From a virus (Duplodnaviria; Caudoviricetes), in the IMG/VR virus record IMGVR_UViG_3300020045_007614, positions 1-34,626 of that record: a stretch of DNA of 34,626 bases. One strand, given 5' to 3'. Position 1 is the stretch's first letter. The number at the start of each line of letters is the position of its first letter. A program made the position numbers and the translations under genes. The notes below the pieces were generated by a model. It had not been told where the DNA came from and searched no databases. It was given only the letters and a program-made list of their open reading frames with translations. Of this stretch, positions 9,116 through 18,242 are shown piece after piece.

Positions 9116-10698
9116 TGGCTTATGCAGGTGCAGTAGCAGTAATACCCGTAGGTGACTTGGGGCTGTTAACTGATAGAAGTCCTGGTCAACTACCACTCGG
9201 CGCACTCATTGAGGCGAAGAATGTGGTGATCAATCAAGGGACTGTCCAGAAAGCCCCTGGTTCGTACATATATAATAGTTCATATGTGCTTGATGGTGAA
9301 GTGGTTGGAGCTTGGGATTGGTTTCCCGATCCATTCACACAGAGATTCATCGCTATCACATCGGCGGGGAAGATCTATCGGGATATTGGAGACAGGACAT
9401 TCACACTGGGTGTCCCCATCGTAAGTGGTCTCACTGGACTCAATCCTCGTTCACAGTTCGTAGAGGGTGGGAATGAGACTGCAGGGAGATCTAAGAAACT
9501 CTTCCTGTTCTCCGATGGGAATAATCAATTGAAGGTACTTAGTGGTGATGGACTCACATTTGCTGATATCACACTACCTGCAGCGGATTGGACAGTCGGG
9601 AATTATCCCCGAGTGGGAGTAACTCATAGGAATCGTCTGTGGGCCTTTCAAGATCAACGGGCCTATGCATCCACTACAGGAGACCATGAGGACTTTCAAG
9701 CGGCCAGTATTCTCACTCAGTCTATCTTCCCCGGTGAAGGCGGCGACATCATTGGTGCCTTCGTATTCAAGGGAAGACTCTTCACGTTCAAGGAGGGAGA
9801 GTTCGTCTATTATCTCGAAGACTCTGATGTGGATAGTGATAACTGGTTCTGGAGGAAGCTTGCATCTAATTTTGGTCTTAGTGCTCCTAATGCTATAGTC
9901 AATGCCCTCGATGATATGTTCGTGGGGAATGCTACGGGCACTATCACATCATACAAGGCAGCAGATACATTGGGTGAGATTGAGAGTGGGGATATATTTA
10001 GGATTGCTCAAATAGAGAGATACTTGAGACGCACCACTCATCCCATAGGACTAGAATATCAACACGCCATCTATGATGAAGAACTCAAACAGATGTATTT
10101 TACATATAGGTCCACATATAGGACCACCAATGACATGCTCGTGAATGTAGACCTTAATAAGGACTTCCCTCGGGTCACATATATGCAGAAGGGTACACCT
10201 ACTTGTCTGGGCCTTCGTCGCAACACCAATAAGATCAATGAACCATTCTATGGGAGTGCCTCCGGTTACATCCATATAATGAACTATGAGGATAGACTTG
10301 AGGGTGCCACTGCATATGAAGGGGCATTCCAGACGGCATTTACTGACTTTAGGGATGCAGATCCGCGCTTCGCTAGTCAGCAGAAACTCTTCGATTTCCT
10401 GTGGGTAGAATTCGTACCTGAAGCCGATGTGGATCTCTCCATTGGAGTCTATATCGATGGGAAATTCATCGAGACAGTTACCACTAGACTGGAACTTGCC
10501 AATGAGGAACTGGGTGAGTTTGTGCTTGGCACTGAGAGACTCGGTCAATACACTACATTATCGAATCCGATCCCACTACATGGGATAGGTAGAAGGATTA
10601 GTTTTAGGGTCTACAATTCAGGCTCAAATCAGTCCTTCCAGATTGCCAGCTTGTCGGTTGGTTTTAGACCCGCCCATGAGGGCGTTACATTGTTCTAG
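9115..10698 (+). CDS. Tail nozzle / tail tubular protein B (P22 gp10-like stabilisation protein)
   Basis: 527 aa of beta-propeller-like repeats (HRNRLWAF, FKGRLFTFK) with C-terminal GRRISFRV. Lies between the adaptor and the fibre. Confidence 0.75.
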   Translation: MAYAGAVAVIPVGDLGLLTDRSPGQLPLGALIEAKNVVINQGTVQKAPGSYIYNSSYVLDGEVVGAWDWFPDPFTQRFIAITSAGKIYRDIGDRTFTLGVPIVSGLTGLNPRSQFVEGGNETAGRSKKLFLFSDGNNQLKVLSGDGLTFADITLPAADWTVGNYPRVGVTHRNRLWAFQDQRAYASTTGDHEDFQAASILTQSIFPGEGGDIIGAFVFKGRLFTFKEGEFVYYLEDSDVDSDNWFWRKLASNFGLSAPNAIVNALDDMFVGNATGTITSYKAADTLGEIESGDIFRIAQIERYLRRTTHPIGLEYQHAIYDEELKQMYFTYRSTYRTTNDMLVNVDLNKDFPRVTYMQKGTPTCLGLRRNTNKINEPFYGSASGYIHIMNYEDRLEGATAYEGAFQTAFTDFRDADPRFASQQKLFDFLWVEFVPEADVDLSIGVYIDGKFIETVTTRLELANEELGEFVLGTERLGQYTTLSNPIPLHGIGRRISFRVYNSGSNQSFQIASLSVGFRPAHEGVTLF

Positions 10699-10708
10699 GG
10701 GGAATACC

Positions 10709-12613
10709 ATGGGTGCTACGTTTAATAGACTTAAGACTTGGATTAGTGAAACACTCACGGCGAGTGATCTCAATGCGGAATTCAATAACATATTGGATAA
10801 TTTCACACCCACTGGAATGGATGATTATAGTGCGAATAATACTGAGATGCAGACGCAGGTTGATCCAGGTGGAGTGGGGACTGAGAGCCGTGCGACTAAT
10901 CTTGCGGGTGAAGTAGCTAGACTTAGGCACCAGATGGCCGAACTCAAGGGTACTACGTATTGGTACAGTGACACTCCTGTGAGTCTTCAGGAATTGAATA
11001 ACCTATTCTCAGGCACCGAACTCAATGCCAATAGGATAGTCAGTGGTCCCACTACGGGAAACAGTACTCAATCATTGATGCTGGACCCTGAGGGTAGTGC
11101 TGGGGATAATATCACCATAAGGGGTGCCACTACTGATATCGTGTACTATATCGACGGAACCCAGTACACACTCGATGCTGATGTCAGTATCACAGTACAG
11201 ACTCCTCCTCCCACTACTAACAATACATGTTTGATCGATGATGCAACAGCTGCCGATGGACTAGCTACTAAGTGGGCTGGTGAATATGACACTACAATCC
11301 CTATCGATACTATTGGATCAGCTATCAGTTCACGTGATGGTCAGACCCATACGTTCAAACTCTCCAATGGATCAGCCACTGAATATTTCATGGCGACTAT
11401 TGATAATAGTAATAGTGTATTGAAGTATGCTAGACGGGGGTGGTTCTATAGTGACACTGGTGCTCGCATTCCACGTATCACCTATGCCAATAATGACACA
11501 ATCACACTCATGAATACTAACTGGCTATTCCTCGATGATACGGGTGCACTGGTTAACACTTATACTATGCCTGTGATTTCTGCCACTCAACCTTCAGCAC
11601 CTGCTAATGGTGATTATTGGTTTGATCTAGCTAATTCATTATGGAAACGATGGGATGGCGCACAGTATGTAACTGTAAATGTGGTCTTTGTCGGTGTCAG
11701 TGTGATTGATGAGAACAGTGATTGTGTGGCGGCGAGATCGGTGGATTATTCTAGTGCTGCCGATAATACCAACACAGTACAATTAGATGTAGTCACTAAT
11801 ACGACTGTGACATCTAAGCCCTATGGGAAGATCAATGTATATGGGTCAGTTATTGATTATCAGTTCAATACGGTGACTTGGGATATAACTACAGATCTTG
11901 ATTCGGGTGTCACAGAAGCGGCCAGTACAATCTATTATCTTTATATCAAGGAAGATGGTGATTCCGTTATTAGTGACGTGAAGCCGATGGAATCTTCATT
12001 GGAGCGACAAGCGTACTATCATCCGCATGAAACATGGAGATGTGTAGGTGAGATCACTAACAATGGATCTTCTAATTTGGATTCTACTACTATGTTACAG
12101 TATGGGAGTGTACCTACCACTTTCATAGGGGATAGTGCGGTTACGACAGCTAAAATCGCAGATGGAAATGTTACACAAGTAAAACGAGTAGCATTAGGGC
12201 AACAGATTAGTGCCAGTAGTGGTACTTATTCCACAGGTGTGACAGGTGCCACTGATGTTACTAATTTAAGTGTTACGATAACTACAACAGGTCGTCCTGT
12301 GTACTTAACATTGCAGAATATTGGAACAGGTAATTCTGGTTATATTGCAGCACAAGATACTTCTGGTAGTGTTAATGCTACAGTTTTATTTCTATTTATT
12401 CGTGGTTCGACCGAAATCTCTCGTCAATCTATGCTATTAGGCCTTAATATTACTTCAGGTGGTACTGACTTAATCGCATGTCCTGCGAGTAGTTTGTCAC
12501 ATATTGATACTCCTGTAGCTGGTACCTATACATATAAAGTACAGATAGTGGTTAGTGGAACAGGTGCTACTGGTTATGTATATTATTCCCAACTTGTGGC
12601 CTTTGAATTGTAA
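10709..12613 (+). CDS. Tail fibre / receptor-binding protein
   Basis: N-terminal LTASDLNAEFNNI anchor motif, PSAPANGDYWFD and AVTTAKIADGNVT fibre motifs, and a beta-sandwich C-terminus. GGGGG SD before the ATG at 10709. Confidence 0.8.
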   Translation: MGATFNRLKTWISETLTASDLNAEFNNILDNFTPTGMDDYSANNTEMQTQVDPGGVGTESRATNLAGEVARLRHQMAELKGTTYWYSDTPVSLQELNNLFSGTELNANRIVSGPTTGNSTQSLMLDPEGSAGDNITIRGATTDIVYYIDGTQYTLDADVSITVQTPPPTTNNTCLIDDATAADGLATKWAGEYDTTIPIDTIGSAISSRDGQTHTFKLSNGSATEYFMATIDNSNSVLKYARRGWFYSDTGARIPRITYANNDTITLMNTNWLFLDDTGALVNTYTMPVISATQPSAPANGDYWFDLANSLWKRWDGAQYVTVNVVFVGVSVIDENSDCVAARSVDYSSAADNTNTVQLDVVTNTTVTSKPYGKINVYGSVIDYQFNTVTWDITTDLDSGVTEAASTIYYLYIKEDGDSVISDVKPMESSLERQAYYHPHETWRCVGEITNNGSSNLDSTTMLQYGSVPTTFIGDSAVTTAKIADGNVTQVKRVALGQQISASSGTYSTGVTGATDVTNLSVTITTTGRPVYLTLQNIGTGNSGYIAAQDTSGSVNATVLFLFIRGSTEISRQSMLLGLNITSGGTDLIACPASSLSHIDTPVAGTYTYKVQIVVSGTGATGYVYYSQLVAFEL

Positions 12614-12621
12614 GGAATTAT

Positions 12622-12948
12622 ATGTGGGCTGCATATATACATGAAACCAAGGGTGAGCAGGTCATAGAATATCCCTTTGGATTCATTACATACAGAGCTT
12701 ATCCAGATCTAGGGACTATCCATGTAGGTGAAGTCTATGTGGTACCGGAAGAAAGGAAGCATGGATATGCCTCCAAATTGATGGATCAAGTAGGTGAGAT
12801 TGGGAAATCCTGTGGATGTACCATGATCACCACATTTGTGTGTGTCAATAATCAGATGAAAGAGACTAGTCTATTGGCTAGTTTGAAATATGGAATGAGA
12901 ATAGTAAGTATGGATGAGCTTAAAATTACATTAGCTAGGGAGTTGTAG
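12622..12948 (+). CDS. GNAT-family acetyltransferase-like protein
   Basis: Acetyl-CoA-binding motif A, VYVVPEERKHGYASKLM. TAAGGA SD. Position before the ejection proteins parallels T7 gp13-like genes. Confidence 0.85.
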   Translation: MWAAYIHETKGEQVIEYPFGFITYRAYPDLGTIHVGEVYVVPEERKHGYASKLMDQVGEIGKSCGCTMITTFVCVNNQMKETSLLASLKYGMRIVSMDELKITLAREL

Positions 12949-12949
12949 G

Positions 12950-13810
12950 ATGGGTGGAGTAGTTGGAAATATAGTTGGGGAGTTAACGGGATCAAATAAA
13001 GCTGCCAATGCAGCAGGTAAAGCCGCACAAGCACGGGAAGCTGCTCTCCGAGTAGCTACTGGTTATGCTCGTGAAGGACTTACCAGTGCAGAAACTACAG
13101 GTACTAGATCTCTTAAAGATGCCCAATCTCCACAAGAACTTCGAGCACTCACAGCGGCACTTAGACAGCAGGAGACGGGACTCAATCGACAAGCCGAACT
13201 ATTCGCAAGTCTAGATCCAGCCATACTGGAGGCCTCACAACAGGCCCTTAAGCTCCTTAGGGGTGAAGATGCGAGTGCATTGGCACCCATCAAGAATCAG
13301 CGTGCCCAACAAAGACAGGCCCTACTGGATAGACTGAGAGAACAACTAGGCCCAGGAGCGGAGACATCCACAGCAGGTATTCAGGCTCTCAATCAGTTCG
13401 ATCAAGAGACCACTAATGTGATGTCGGGTGCTCAACAGCAGGGACTCTCCCAGTTGTTTGGAATAGCGCAGGGTGGCGCAGTCAATAGGGGTGCATTGGG
13501 TGAAGGTGCGATGGCCCTCGGAAATATCGGTGGGATGTTTGGTCAACGTGCAGGTAGAATGTCCAATGCCCGGATTAATGCTGAAGGACTCAAACAGGGT
13601 GCATTCTCCAATCTCATCAATGCCCAAACAGGTGCAGCTGCTAGTGCTGGATCACAATTTGTGAGTGATCAATTGAAGGGTCAGGCTCAGATGTCCTTCA
13701 TGGATAAAGCTATAGGTGCAGGGGCAGCATATCTCACAGGTGGAATGGGTGGAGGAGGAGCTGCCAATTCTGCAGGAGGCTCATTCCTCGATACGAGTAA
13801 TATCGCGTGA
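12950..13810 (+). CDS. Putative DNA ejection / internal virion protein
   Basis: Ala/Gly/Gln-rich, with Gly-rich hydrophobic ends (MGGVVGNIVGELTG; AIGAGAAYLTGG). Located after the tail genes. Confidence 0.65.
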   Translation: MGGVVGNIVGELTGSNKAANAAGKAAQAREAALRVATGYAREGLTSAETTGTRSLKDAQSPQELRALTAALRQQETGLNRQAELFASLDPAILEASQQALKLLRGEDASALAPIKNQRAQQRQALLDRLREQLGPGAETSTAGIQALNQFDQETTNVMSGAQQQGLSQLFGIAQGGAVNRGALGEGAMALGNIGGMFGQRAGRMSNARINAEGLKQGAFSNLINAQTGAAASAGSQFVSDQLKGQAQMSFMDKAIGAGAAYLTGGMGGGGAANSAGGSFLDTSNIA

Positions 13811-14088
13811 AATCCATTCCCTCAGCCCTCATAGATGAATTTCTCTCATCCCTCACAGGATACATGTCGAAAGACATAGAGGATGGATTGGGAGTTCTCA
13901 CCCAAGAACTCATCCATAGCCGTATAGGTGCACAGTTCATCCATCAAGATAGAGACGATGAAGATATGTGGGTGGCGTATGAGATGATGATACCTGCGAT
14001 GTTGACTGCACTGGGGAGACTCCACCAGAGGGTGAATATGTTAGAGAAACTAGTTGAACCGAAATCTAGGAGTGGTCATGCGTGCTAA
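13807..14088 (+). CDS. Stand-alone peptidase S74 / intramolecular-chaperone-like domain lacking the Ser-Lys autocleavage motif
   Basis: GTGA overlap with the upstream stop. GVLTQEL and VAYEMMIPAMLTALGRLHQRVNMLE match the S74 patterns G(V/L)IAQE and VDY..L.P.L..AI.EL..RV..LE. Confidence 0.55.
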   Translation: MKSIPSALIDEFLSSLTGYMSKDIEDGLGVLTQELIHSRIGAQFIHQDRDDEDMWVAYEMMIPAMLTALGRLHQRVNMLEKLVEPKSRSGHAC

Positions 14089-14359
14089 AGGTGGGAATGC
14101 CACATTAGGGGAATTGATGGGTAGTAACCAGTCATCTATGTCCCTCAAGGAACTTGATAAGATATTGGGTGAGAAGACTCCCGAGTTACCACGTAATGCA
14201 GTGGGTCGTTTCCGCTTAATCAAGTCCCTCCAACAGAGATTCGGTAATGGTTACAGGAATCTCCCCGGAGTCTCCAATATCATCAAGGAGTTCGATGAGG
14301 ATGTGAGATTTAGTGAGATTATTGATACAATGAAATCTATTAAAGTTAAGGGGGAATAA
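14078..14359 (+). CDS. Hypothetical protein
   Basis: AGGAG SD before the ATG at 14078; tightly packed in the operon. Confidence 0.65.
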   Translation: MRAKGGNATLGELMGSNQSSMSLKELDKILGEKTPELPRNAVGRFRLIKSLQQRFGNGYRNLPGVSNIIKEFDEDVRFSEIIDTMKSIKVKGE

Positions 14360-15628
14360 GTGGCATCATTATCACAATTAATGTTTCAGGAGGCTAGTCG
14401 AACTATTAGTGAGACTGGTGGTGGTATTGGTGATCCCGCGAAGGCACTCGCGATGGGTGCAGAGATTGCACAGAGACGTGAAGCGATGGAACAACAAAGG
14501 GCTCAGATTGAGCAGGCCAAACTGGGTGCTAAAGGTAAAGCCGTTGAAGGTGTACTTAAAGTCATAGGGACTGCACAGAAGTTCAAGAGTGAAGCTGATC
14601 AGAGACGATTCATCAAAGGTGCACTGCCTGGTGCCATTCAAGCATATGGTGTGGATGATGTGTTTACTCCGGAGATGCAGGATATGCTGATTAATTCCGG
14701 TGATGCTCGTAAAGCAGTGAGTATCATTGAATCACAGGTCAAGCAGGGGAATATGAGTCTTCAAGAAGGACTCGGTATGCTCACTATGAGTGGACTCGGT
14801 GATGCGGTGGAGATGGCAAGTCTTCAGGAAGCCGAGAAATTTGCACTCAGTGAGAGAGGTAAGACCTCACGTACAGAGATGCTGTCTAGAGCACAGGATA
14901 TACGTCAACAGACCCAAATTGGAGCCCAACAGCAGGCCGCACAGACTGCGTTCCAACAGACAGGTGCTAAGAAAGTGGCCCAGACTGCAGCGACTGACTT
15001 CACACTCTATCAGAAAGAAAAAGCAGGACTCGGGCTTAATCTTAAGAATCTCGAAGCTGCGGCGAAGAGACTTGAGAATATGGAAGTTACTACGGGTGAT
15101 ATCACTACGAAGATCCCAGGACTCTCCAGTGCAGCAGTACAATCCATCATTAATCAGGAAAGTAGGAATGTGGAGAATGATGCGCGGGCAGCTATTATGC
15201 CCCTTCTTCGTGCCACACTTGGTTCAGCATTCACTGAAGGTGAAGGTGAGAGAATCTTCGCTACAGTCTTTGATCCCAAGGCACCATCGATGGAGAATGC
15301 GAGAAGGATTAAGAATAAGATTGAGGAACTCAGAGAGACTATCAAGAATAAAGAAGGACTCTTCATCGAACAGGGATTCATGTCACCTAGTGAAGCTAAA
15401 GGGACTAGTGAACCTAAGAGAAAGAGTGAGAATCCTGCCACGTCTGGTGAGACTTTCATCGATGATAATCAGGTAAATGTATTGAGACCCGTATATAAAC
15501 AACTCATAGCAGGTGGTAAGTCTCCTGAAGAGATTTTCACTATGCTCAAGTCATCTTCAGCATTCCAAGGTGCCACTGATGCACAGCTGAATGCAGTACT
15601 TAAGAAATTTCAGATCGAGGGCAAGTAA
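14360..15628 (+). CDS. Putative DNA ejection / internal virion protein
   Basis: 422 aa, helical and Gln/Ala-rich, with an LGSAFTEGEG motif of the type seen in podovirus ejection proteins. GGGG SD. Confidence 0.65.
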   Translation: MASLSQLMFQEASRTISETGGGIGDPAKALAMGAEIAQRREAMEQQRAQIEQAKLGAKGKAVEGVLKVIGTAQKFKSEADQRRFIKGALPGAIQAYGVDDVFTPEMQDMLINSGDARKAVSIIESQVKQGNMSLQEGLGMLTMSGLGDAVEMASLQEAEKFALSERGKTSRTEMLSRAQDIRQQTQIGAQQQAAQTAFQQTGAKKVAQTAATDFTLYQKEKAGLGLNLKNLEAAAKRLENMEVTTGDITTKIPGLSSAAVQSIINQESRNVENDARAAIMPLLRATLGSAFTEGEGERIFATVFDPKAPSMENARRIKNKIEELRETIKNKEGLFIEQGFMSPSEAKGTSEPKRKSENPATSGETFIDDNQVNVLRPVYKQLIAGGKSPEEIFTMLKSSSAFQGATDAQLNAVLKKFQIEGK

Positions 15629-18060
15629 TGGCTATGGAATCGGCATTCACACAGCAACCTAGTGCACTGGCTAATCCTGTTCCTAATGCTACAGCACAGC
15701 CAGATAATCTATTCGATCAGGCACTGGCTAGTGCACCATCAGGTCAACCGATACCAGCTCAGGTGGCTAGAGAGGCAGAACAGAATATTGGTCAAGTGGA
15801 ACCTATGGGGAATCCCTTTGATCAGGCCTTAGGTGCAGGTGAAGTGCCTATGGAGGACCCGAATCAACCTGATATGTCTCAGGATGGATTCCTCCAATCC
15901 AATCTAACACCAAGTGGACTTGCACAGCAATTCTCTAATGCTGAAGCACGCATCAAGGCCTCATTCGGTAGAACTCCCAAAGAACAAGAAGGCATCCTTA
16001 AGGGTGTACTGGGGGATAAGAATGTACAGAAGAGAGGGGATACTTTCTTCATCAAACCTAAGGGTAAGAATAAGTTCGTGAGACTTGAGTCTGACTCATT
16101 TGAGATCTTTGGAGATCTAGCACTGGATTCCTTCAGGGATATCATGAGTGGTATGTTTGGAACTGCGGCAGTAGCTGCTAAGGGGCCCACAGCAGTTGAG
16201 CCTATCACTACTGCAGCGGCATTCGCTGGTGGAGTAGCTATAGGTGAGACTATTGCAGATACACTAGTAGAGAGTGCATTTGGAGTTCCTCGTGATCCCT
16301 CACGTGGAGGCACTGTGGGTGCCGATGCTGGTGTGGGTGAGAAGATCGGTGCGGGGCTTGAACGTACTGGTGGAAGTCTCATGACTGGTGCTACTGCGGC
16401 CATGTTCAATGCAGCAGGGAATAAGATTGCACAATCCGTGAGTGCTCGGCGTGAGGCCATGAAGGGTCTAAAGACCCTCAAGGATACTCCTGTGGGTGAG
16501 ACCCTCAAGGCCAATGTGGATCAAGTGATTCAGACTATGGATGATCTCGGTGCGATGAATAAGACTGTGAATCTACCTGGTAGTAATATGCCTGTACTGG
16601 CACATCAACTAGCCCCTCATACGGATGCTACACAAGTGGCTAAGTCACTGGCTAAGAATCCGTCATTCCAGAAGGCCCAGAATATCGCTGTGAAGAATAT
16701 GGATGATACTGTGGTGGGGATGTTGGAGGAAGCAGGGGAATTGGCACCGAAGTCTCTTCGTACTGTACTCACTAAGGGTGAGACTGTGCCTAGAGGTGGT
16801 CTCCAGCAGGATGTCACACGATTGTTCAAGGATGTGAGACAGGCTGAGGGGAAGATTATAGATCAATTTAGAATGAAGGCTGGGAGTGAGGCGGGGAAGA
16901 TGCCCGTGGATACGCCTAGAACAATGGAAGCATTGGATAATATATTTGACCAATTAAATATAAAACTTACACCTAGTGGAACATTAAAATTTCCTAATAA
17001 TGATGATTTAGCACAGATATTAGGTACAGATTCGGGTGCTGTAATCAATGGTATTAAAAAAGATTTTAATATGCTATTTCGTAGACTTAAACGTAATGCC
17101 ATGCAAACAGCTAAAGATGGTGGAGATGCAGTGGGATTCACACTCGATGATATCATAGCTCAGTCAAAGATCATGGGTGGAAAGTATGAAGGAGCTGCCA
17201 AGTTCGGTGGTAAATATAAGGCCTTCATGGGGAAGCTTGCGAGTTCCTTGCGAGCTGATACTAGAGAGGCGATGCCTGACTTCTTATCACCTGAGGATGC
17301 CCAGGCCTATGTCGGATCTATAGCTAAGTTCCAGAAGGCCGCAGAAGGCCAAGCGGCACTCAAGAACATTCTCAAACAGAGTGATATGGCCACCAATACT
17401 TTCGTCAAGGGTGTGATTAATAAGGGTAAGGGAGGATTGGCTCAGTTCAAGGCCGCGAAAGAGTTCCTCGTGGATGAAGATCCCGCACTCTGGGATAAGA
17501 TGCGGGCGGAGTTCTTCGAAGAATTGGTACTGAAGCATCGGAAGACTGATGCGCAGTCCCTCACCACATTCAATATGGGTGCATTGAGAAAGGAACTCGC
17601 TGGATATGGTCCGGAGATGCTTCAGGAACTTATGCCCAATAAGAGTGTGAAGCCTGGACAAGTCTTTCGTGCACTTGATCTGAGTGAACAGGTCGAACGT
17701 ACCCTAATCAAAGGTACAGATGATGAAGTGGAGAAGATTGCTAAGAGTTTATTCCAGGCATCGTCTTCATTCCTCAGTGCCAAGCTCAACTCAGCCTATG
17801 CACTCTTCAAGTTCGGTACAGCGGATAATCGGATGCTCAAGTTGATGAACCGAAAGGGTGTAGATGCATTCTTAGAGAAAGTGCCAGCGAGTGAGAGAGG
17901 GGTACTTAAGCAAGTCCTTGAGTCTCATATAGCGATGGCTACCAAGAAGGGGATCATCAAGACTATTCAGACTAGTAGGGATGTGGTGAGACCCGGCATC
18001 GAGGTAGGACTCGGTGAATCCTTCGCACCTTCCATACCCACCAATAGGACTCCTCAGTGA
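15628..18060 (+). CDS. Large putative DNA ejection / internal virion protein
   Basis: 810 aa with a Pro/Gln-rich N-terminus, Ala/Gly hydrophobic segments and a helical remainder. Last large gene of the virion operon. Confidence 0.65.
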   Translation: MAMESAFTQQPSALANPVPNATAQPDNLFDQALASAPSGQPIPAQVAREAEQNIGQVEPMGNPFDQALGAGEVPMEDPNQPDMSQDGFLQSNLTPSGLAQQFSNAEARIKASFGRTPKEQEGILKGVLGDKNVQKRGDTFFIKPKGKNKFVRLESDSFEIFGDLALDSFRDIMSGMFGTAAVAAKGPTAVEPITTAAAFAGGVAIGETIADTLVESAFGVPRDPSRGGTVGADAGVGEKIGAGLERTGGSLMTGATAAMFNAAGNKIAQSVSARREAMKGLKTLKDTPVGETLKANVDQVIQTMDDLGAMNKTVNLPGSNMPVLAHQLAPHTDATQVAKSLAKNPSFQKAQNIAVKNMDDTVVGMLEEAGELAPKSLRTVLTKGETVPRGGLQQDVTRLFKDVRQAEGKIIDQFRMKAGSEAGKMPVDTPRTMEALDNIFDQLNIKLTPSGTLKFPNNDDLAQILGTDSGAVINGIKKDFNMLFRRLKRNAMQTAKDGGDAVGFTLDDIIAQSKIMGGKYEGAAKFGGKYKAFMGKLASSLRADTREAMPDFLSPEDAQAYVGSIAKFQKAAEGQAALKNILKQSDMATNTFVKGVINKGKGGLAQFKAAKEFLVDEDPALWDKMRAEFFEELVLKHRKTDAQSLTTFNMGALRKELAGYGPEMLQELMPNKSVKPGQVFRALDLSEQVERTLIKGTDDEVEKIAKSLFQASSSFLSAKLNSAYALFKFGTADNRMLKLMNRKGVDAFLEKVPASERGVLKQVLESHIAMATKKGIIKTIQTSRDVVRPGIEVGLGESFAPSIPTNRTPQ

Positions 18061-18242
18061 AGTTCATCGAGATAGAGGGTGATGAAGAGTGTGAGATTGA
18101 GACTCGATTCCACACACTCTCAGCAGATCTCCAAATCATCTTCACCAATCTCTATTATGATCTAGCTAAACATGGGAAGATCTTAGAGGTAGTGGATGTA
18201 GCACCCACCAGTCTAGACATAGTTATCAGGATTTCTGGTTAA
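18057..18242 (+). CDS. Small hypothetical protein
   Basis: GTGA-coupled to the upstream gene with an AGGA SD. Overlaps the convergent gene's 3' end by 30 nt. Confidence 0.5.
   Translation: MKFIEIEGDEECEIETRFHTLSADLQIIFTNLYYDLAKHGKILEVVDVAPTSLDIVIRISG

Noticed and set aside
10643-10708. Upstream TTG start for the tail fibre
   Set aside because: It overlaps the nozzle gene. The ATG at 10709 has an SD and begins the conserved anchor motif.
14790-15476. 228-aa alternative-frame ORF inside an ejection protein gene
   Set aside because: Arg/Leu-rich with no motifs. It is explained by the host gene's codon bias suppressing stops in the shifted frame.
15879-16514. 211-aa antisense ORF, and similar antisense ORFs at 4765-5280, 8705-9205, 10051-10548, 18354-18920 and 20566-21141
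   Set aside because: These are shadows of well-supported genes, with no SD or protein motifs.
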